Under the pieces are notes generated by a model. The model had not been told where the DNA came from. It saw only the letters and a program-made list of their open reading frames with translations, and made no database searches. A stretch of 64,000 nt of DNA, taken from contig CAMVNH010000001.1 of assembly GCA_947168825.1 (NCBI GenBank), positions 61,753-125,752 on the forward strand, written 5' to 3'. Below, piece by piece: positions 60,598-64,000 of this stretch (positions are counted from its first letter, which is position 1; every line of letters starts with the position of its first letter). Both the position numbers and the translations under genes were made by a program. Source of the DNA: an uncultured Candidatus Saccharibacteria bacterium (GTDB lineage Bacteria; Patescibacteriota; Saccharimonadia; Saccharimonadales; Saccharimonadaceae).

Positions 60598-62229
60598 TTA
60601 GACGACATTCTTGAAGATGATTTTCTTGAGTTTATTGAAAATCGGTTTAACTTCATTGAGTCCAAGGAAGAAGCTGGCGATAGCATAGGTAGCGAATGAG
60701 GTAATAGTGATTAGCATAAACTTTGGTAGAGTACTAAAGATTGAGTCATCAGCTTTTAATAGCGGGAAGAATTTGGTCATAGAATAAGCAACGCAAGCGG
60801 TAATGATAGAAGCGAAGGACATTTTGGTGATAGCACGCCAAAAAGATTTGTTAAGAAGTTCGCGTTTGGAGATGCGCTGAAGAATAAAGAGGAGGATAGT
60901 AATCTCCAGGATGGCTCCAATGGATTGAGCGAGACCTAGACCCTCTGGCCCAAGACCAATCATGGAAAAGATGATGGCAAGTAGCATGGTGGTGCCGACG
61001 GCGACAATGGAGACTATGAATGGGGTTTTTGTGTCTTGTCTAGCGTAAAAACCACGAGAAGCAATATGAAAGACTGAGCGGCCAAAAATTGAGATGACGA
61101 GTGCGCCGAGAATGCTGGCAATGAGTGGGTCGCCGCCGTTTTTGATGAAAGAGACTACGTAGCCGCGACTAAAGAAGGCTACGATTGCGACCGGGAAGGC
61201 AATCCAAATAATGGTGCGGAGAGCAACGCGGAAAGTGGCAAAAAATTCATTCTCCTTACCTTCGCCGAGATCTTCGGTGAGTTTTGGGAAGAAGGCCGTA
61301 GAAATGGCGACACCGATAAGGTTGACTGGCATAGTGCTAAGACTAGTAGCTTGCTGATAACTACGCAATGCGCCGGCACCCATACGCGAGCTGAGGTTGG
61401 TGTTTAGGATAGTGTTGACATAATCGATTCCCTGATCTAGTGAACGAGCTGGGAGAAGTTTAAGCACGGTTTTAAAGCCATGATTTTTCCAAGAGATTTT
61501 GAAGTGATAGTCGAAGCCGAGTCCGATTAGGCCGATGATGGACATGAGGACTTGTAAAATTGCGCCAAGAACCACACCTAGGGCTACACCCATGATGCCG
61601 CCTTCGAAAATCTGGACGCCGAAGAGATTGATACCGCCAGTGAAGACGGTGATGCCGATTAAGATGCCGACATTGTAGAGGGCTGGAGCGATAGCGTAAA
61701 AGACGAAACGACCGACGGCTTGCTGGATAGAACTTAGTACGGTGGCGATAGACATAAGGAAAGGGTTGATTGCAATAACACGCATCATGTTAATAGCGAG
61801 GATGGTGCCAGGTTCGTCGAGGCCGGGACCGACGATGTAGCGAACCAAGGGATCGGCAAAAATCATGATGAGGATACTGGCAATAAGGGTGACGAAGGCC
61901 ATGAGGTTGAGGACACTAGAGCTTAATTCCCAGGCGGATTTTTTGTTGCCGTTGACGAGACGTTGGTTAAAAACGGGGATGAATGAAACGGCGAGGGCGC
62001 CAGAGGTAAGGATGAAGAACATGAAATCTGGGATGGTGAAAGCGGCGGTATAGGCATCGATGCCGGTTGGATAAGTGTCGAGGTAGTAACCATTCAAAAG
62101 GCGGTCGCGAAAGATGCCGAGAAGGGCGGAAAGAAGAGTGCTGGAAGCTAAAACTATGGCAGCCCATTTGATAGAGAGTCTGGAATTTGCCATGGCGACT
62201 ACGGATTGGAATTTGATGCGTTTCTTCAC
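60598..62229 (-). CDS. murJ: Lipid II flippase MurJ (MviN)
   Basis: LLGIFRD, AFTIPD, GALAVSFIPVF, ISTAFFP, RGFYARQDTKTP. Confidence 0.92.
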   Translation of the reverse strand: MKKRIKFQSVVAMANSRLSIKWAAIVLASSTLLSALLGIFRDRLLNGYYLDTYPTGIDAYTAAFTIPDFMFFILTSGALAVSFIPVFNQRLVNGNKKSAWELSSSVLNLMAFVTLIASILIMIFADPLVRYIVGPGLDEPGTILAINMMRVIAINPFLMSIATVLSSIQQAVGRFVFYAIAPALYNVGILIGITVFTGGINLFGVQIFEGGIMGVALGVVLGAILQVLMSIIGLIGLGFDYHFKISWKNHGFKTVLKLLPARSLDQGIDYVNTILNTNLSSRMGAGALRSYQQATSLSTMPVNLIGVAISTAFFPKLTEDLGEGKENEFFATFRVALRTIIWIAFPVAIVAFFSRGYVVSFIKNGGDPLIASILGALVISIFGRSVFHIASRGFYARQDTKTPFIVSIVAVGTTMLLAIIFSMIGLGPEGLGLAQSIGAILEITILLFILQRISKRELLNKSFWRAITKMSFASIITACVAYSMTKFFPLLKADDSIFSTLPKFMLITITSFATYAIASFFLGLNEVKPIFNKLKKIIFKNVV

Positions 62230-62244
62230 CCTTTTAAACTCCTT

Positions 62245-64000
62245 TTAGTGCAATTTTGCAGCGGCTGGCATGGTAGTACCTTTAAGTAACGGTGCGATTT
62301 CGGACTCTTCGAGGGTTTCTTTTTCGAGAAGTGCGGCGGCCAGTTTGTCGAGAGCGGTTTTGTTGGCTTTTAGTACAGCTTCCGCGCGAGTTGCGGCTTC
62401 GTCGGATAGCTGCTTAATTTCGGCATCAATGGTTTCGGCCGTTTTTTCGGAGTAAGGTTTGACCGTGGAGATAGTGTAATAGCCGGATTGCTTGTCTGGG
62501 AAGACGAGGTTGCGAGTCTTGGTGCCCATACCTTCTTCTATGACCATTTCCTTAGCTAATTCGGCGACGTGTTTTAAATCTGACGAGGCACCGGTAGTAA
62601 TAGCTTCTTTGCCAAAAATCAGTTTTTCGGCGATTCGACCACCCATGGCGCGAGCGAGAACGTCTTTTAGCTCGTAGATATTTTTATAGCTACGATCTTC
62701 TGGCGGTAAGAACCAGGTAACGCCGCCAGTTTGTCCGCGCGGGATGATGGTAACCTTGTGTACTGGATCGGAGTCGGGAAGGACGTGTCCTACGATGGCG
62801 TGTCCAGCTTCGTGATAGGCGGTGAGTTTTTTCTCTTCGTCATTCATAACTTTGGACTTTCGCTCTGGGCCGATAGCGACACGCTCGAAAGCCTCAGTGA
62901 GATCGGCGTTTGTGATTTTTGGATGCTTTTCGCGGGCGGCAGTAATGGCAGCTTCGTTGGCAATATTGGCAAGATCGGCGCCAGAGCTACCGGCAGTCTT
63001 TTTGGCTAAACTTTCGAGGTCGAGACCGGATTCGGCTGGCTTGTTTTTAAAATGAACTTTGAGAATTTCGAGGCGATCTTTGCGTTCAGGAAGAGTAACA
63101 TTGACATGACGATCGAAGCGTCCAGGGCGAAGAAGTGCCTTGTCGAGCATGTCTACGCGGTTGGTCGCAGCGATAACGATGACGTTTGAGTCATTATCGA
63201 AGCCGTCCATTTCGACTAGAATTTGGTTCAAAGTTTGTTCGTCTTCGCGGCCGGCACCACCACGAGCGTCGCGTTTATGGGCAACAGCGTCAATTTCGTC
63301 GATAAAGATGATGGCGGGAGCGTTCTTTTTGGCTTTACTAAAGAGATCGCGAACTCTACTTGCGCCGACGCCTACGAACATCTCGGCGAATTCAGAGCCG
63401 GAGATACTAAAGAAAGGAACGTTGGCTTCGCCAGCCACGGCGCGGGCCATTAAAGTTTTACCTGTGCCAGGCTCACCAGCAAGAAGAACGCCGCGGGGGA
63501 TTTTGGCGCCGAGCTTTTCATAGCGAGCGGGATTTTTTAGGAAGTCGACGATTTCACTTAGGTCTTGTTTGGCGCTTTCGTTGCCAGCCACATCTGTGAA
63601 TTTGACCTTCTTTTTATCCGGACCATAGAGTTTAGCTTTGGCTTTGCCGAAGCCAAGAGAATCTTTATTCATAGCTTGGGCCTGGCGCATCATGTAGCTC
63701 AAGAAGATGATCACAGCGATAGTTGGAAGGATTAAGATGGCAAGATCGCCAATAGTTCCCCAGATATCGACGGGATCAACGTATTCTATAATTATATCAC
63801 GCTCGCGGCATTTTGTCAAGTCGCTACCGGATTTTTCGGCGCAGCGGTCGATTAATCCCTGGTCATAGAGGGTGCCGGAGGCGTCTTTTTTAGATTTTTG
63901 AGTAGGTTGGTCGCTGTCTTTTAGAGTTATTTCTAGGTCGTTGCCCCTTACGGTAATTTTTTTAATATTGCCGTTCTCATCGTTGGCACGACTAATGACG
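62245..64000 (-). CDS. ftsH: ATP-dependent zinc metalloprotease FtsH (5' end lies beyond the window)
   Basis: [27 protein letters not shown]; frame stays open to the window edge ([17 protein letters not shown]...). Confidence 0.96.
   Translation of the reverse strand, partial: VISRANDENGNIKKITVRGNDLEITLKDSDQPTQKSKKDASGTLYDQGLIDRCAEKSGSDLTKCRERDIIIEYVDPVDIWGTIGDLAILILPTIAVIIFLSYMMRQAQAMNKDSLGFGKAKAKLYGPDKKKVKFTDVAGNESAKQDLSEIVDFLKNPARYEKLGAKIPRGVLLAGEPGTGKTLMARAVAGEANVPFFSISGSEFAEMFVGVGASRVRDLFSKAKKNAPAIIFIDEIDAVAHKRDARGGAGREDEQTLNQILVEMDGFDNDSNVIVIAATNRVDMLDKALLRPGRFDRHVNVTLPERKDRLEILKVHFKNKPAESGLDLESLAKKTAGSSGADLANIANEAAITAAREKHPKITNADLTEAFERVAIGPERKSKVMNDEEKKLTAYHEAGHAIVGHVLPDSDPVHKVTIIPRGQTGGVTWFLPPEDRSYKNIYELKDVLARAMGGRIAEKLIFGKEAITTGASSDLKHVAELAKEMVIEEGMGTKTRNLVFPDKQSGYYTISTVKPYSEKTAETIDAEIKQLSDEAATRAEAVLKANKTALDKLAAALLEKETLEESEIAPLLKGTTMPAAAKLH

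Noticed and set aside
63817-63819. TTG start of ftsH given by the ORF track
   Set aside because: The frame is open to the window end; the true start lies outside the window.

Overview
64 kb of a compact, gene-dense bacterial chromosome (code 11). Gene content and style (short intergenics, HTH-fused MurA, RpsL RVPDLPG, salvage-type nucleotide genes, partial glycolysis/pentose phosphate genes) suggest a host-associated Saccharibacteria (TM7/Patescibacteria); this taxonomy is an inference. About 55 CDS, most on the minus strand, and 6 tRNAs. Functions: translation (prfA, prmC, rpsL, rpsG, trpS, rsmA, dus, RluA- and RlmD-family enzymes), repair (uvrB, ung, three UvrD-family helicases), carbon metabolism (gap-rpiB-rpe-pfkB-LOG, pgi-gpmI, galU-like, glucan phosphorylase), envelope (murA, murJ, Rpf-like, lepB, htrA, ftsH) and a deoxynucleotide cluster (nrdDG with tandem NrdR boxes, dCMP deaminase, ung, tdk, tmk). 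I found no CRISPR, rRNA, integrase or transposase. The most unusual signal is regulatory. Core genes look leaderless (TGnTATAAT 6-8 nt before the start codon), while several solitary accessory genes share a module: -35/-10 promoter, 5' hairpin, GyAC(A/T)TT box, strong Shine-Dalgarno. Two copies 34 kb apart (17550, 51799) are clearly homologous yet precede unrelated genes, and a related promoter (46920) drives only a hairpin/15-codon ORF. All calls come from reading motifs by eye; no searches were run.
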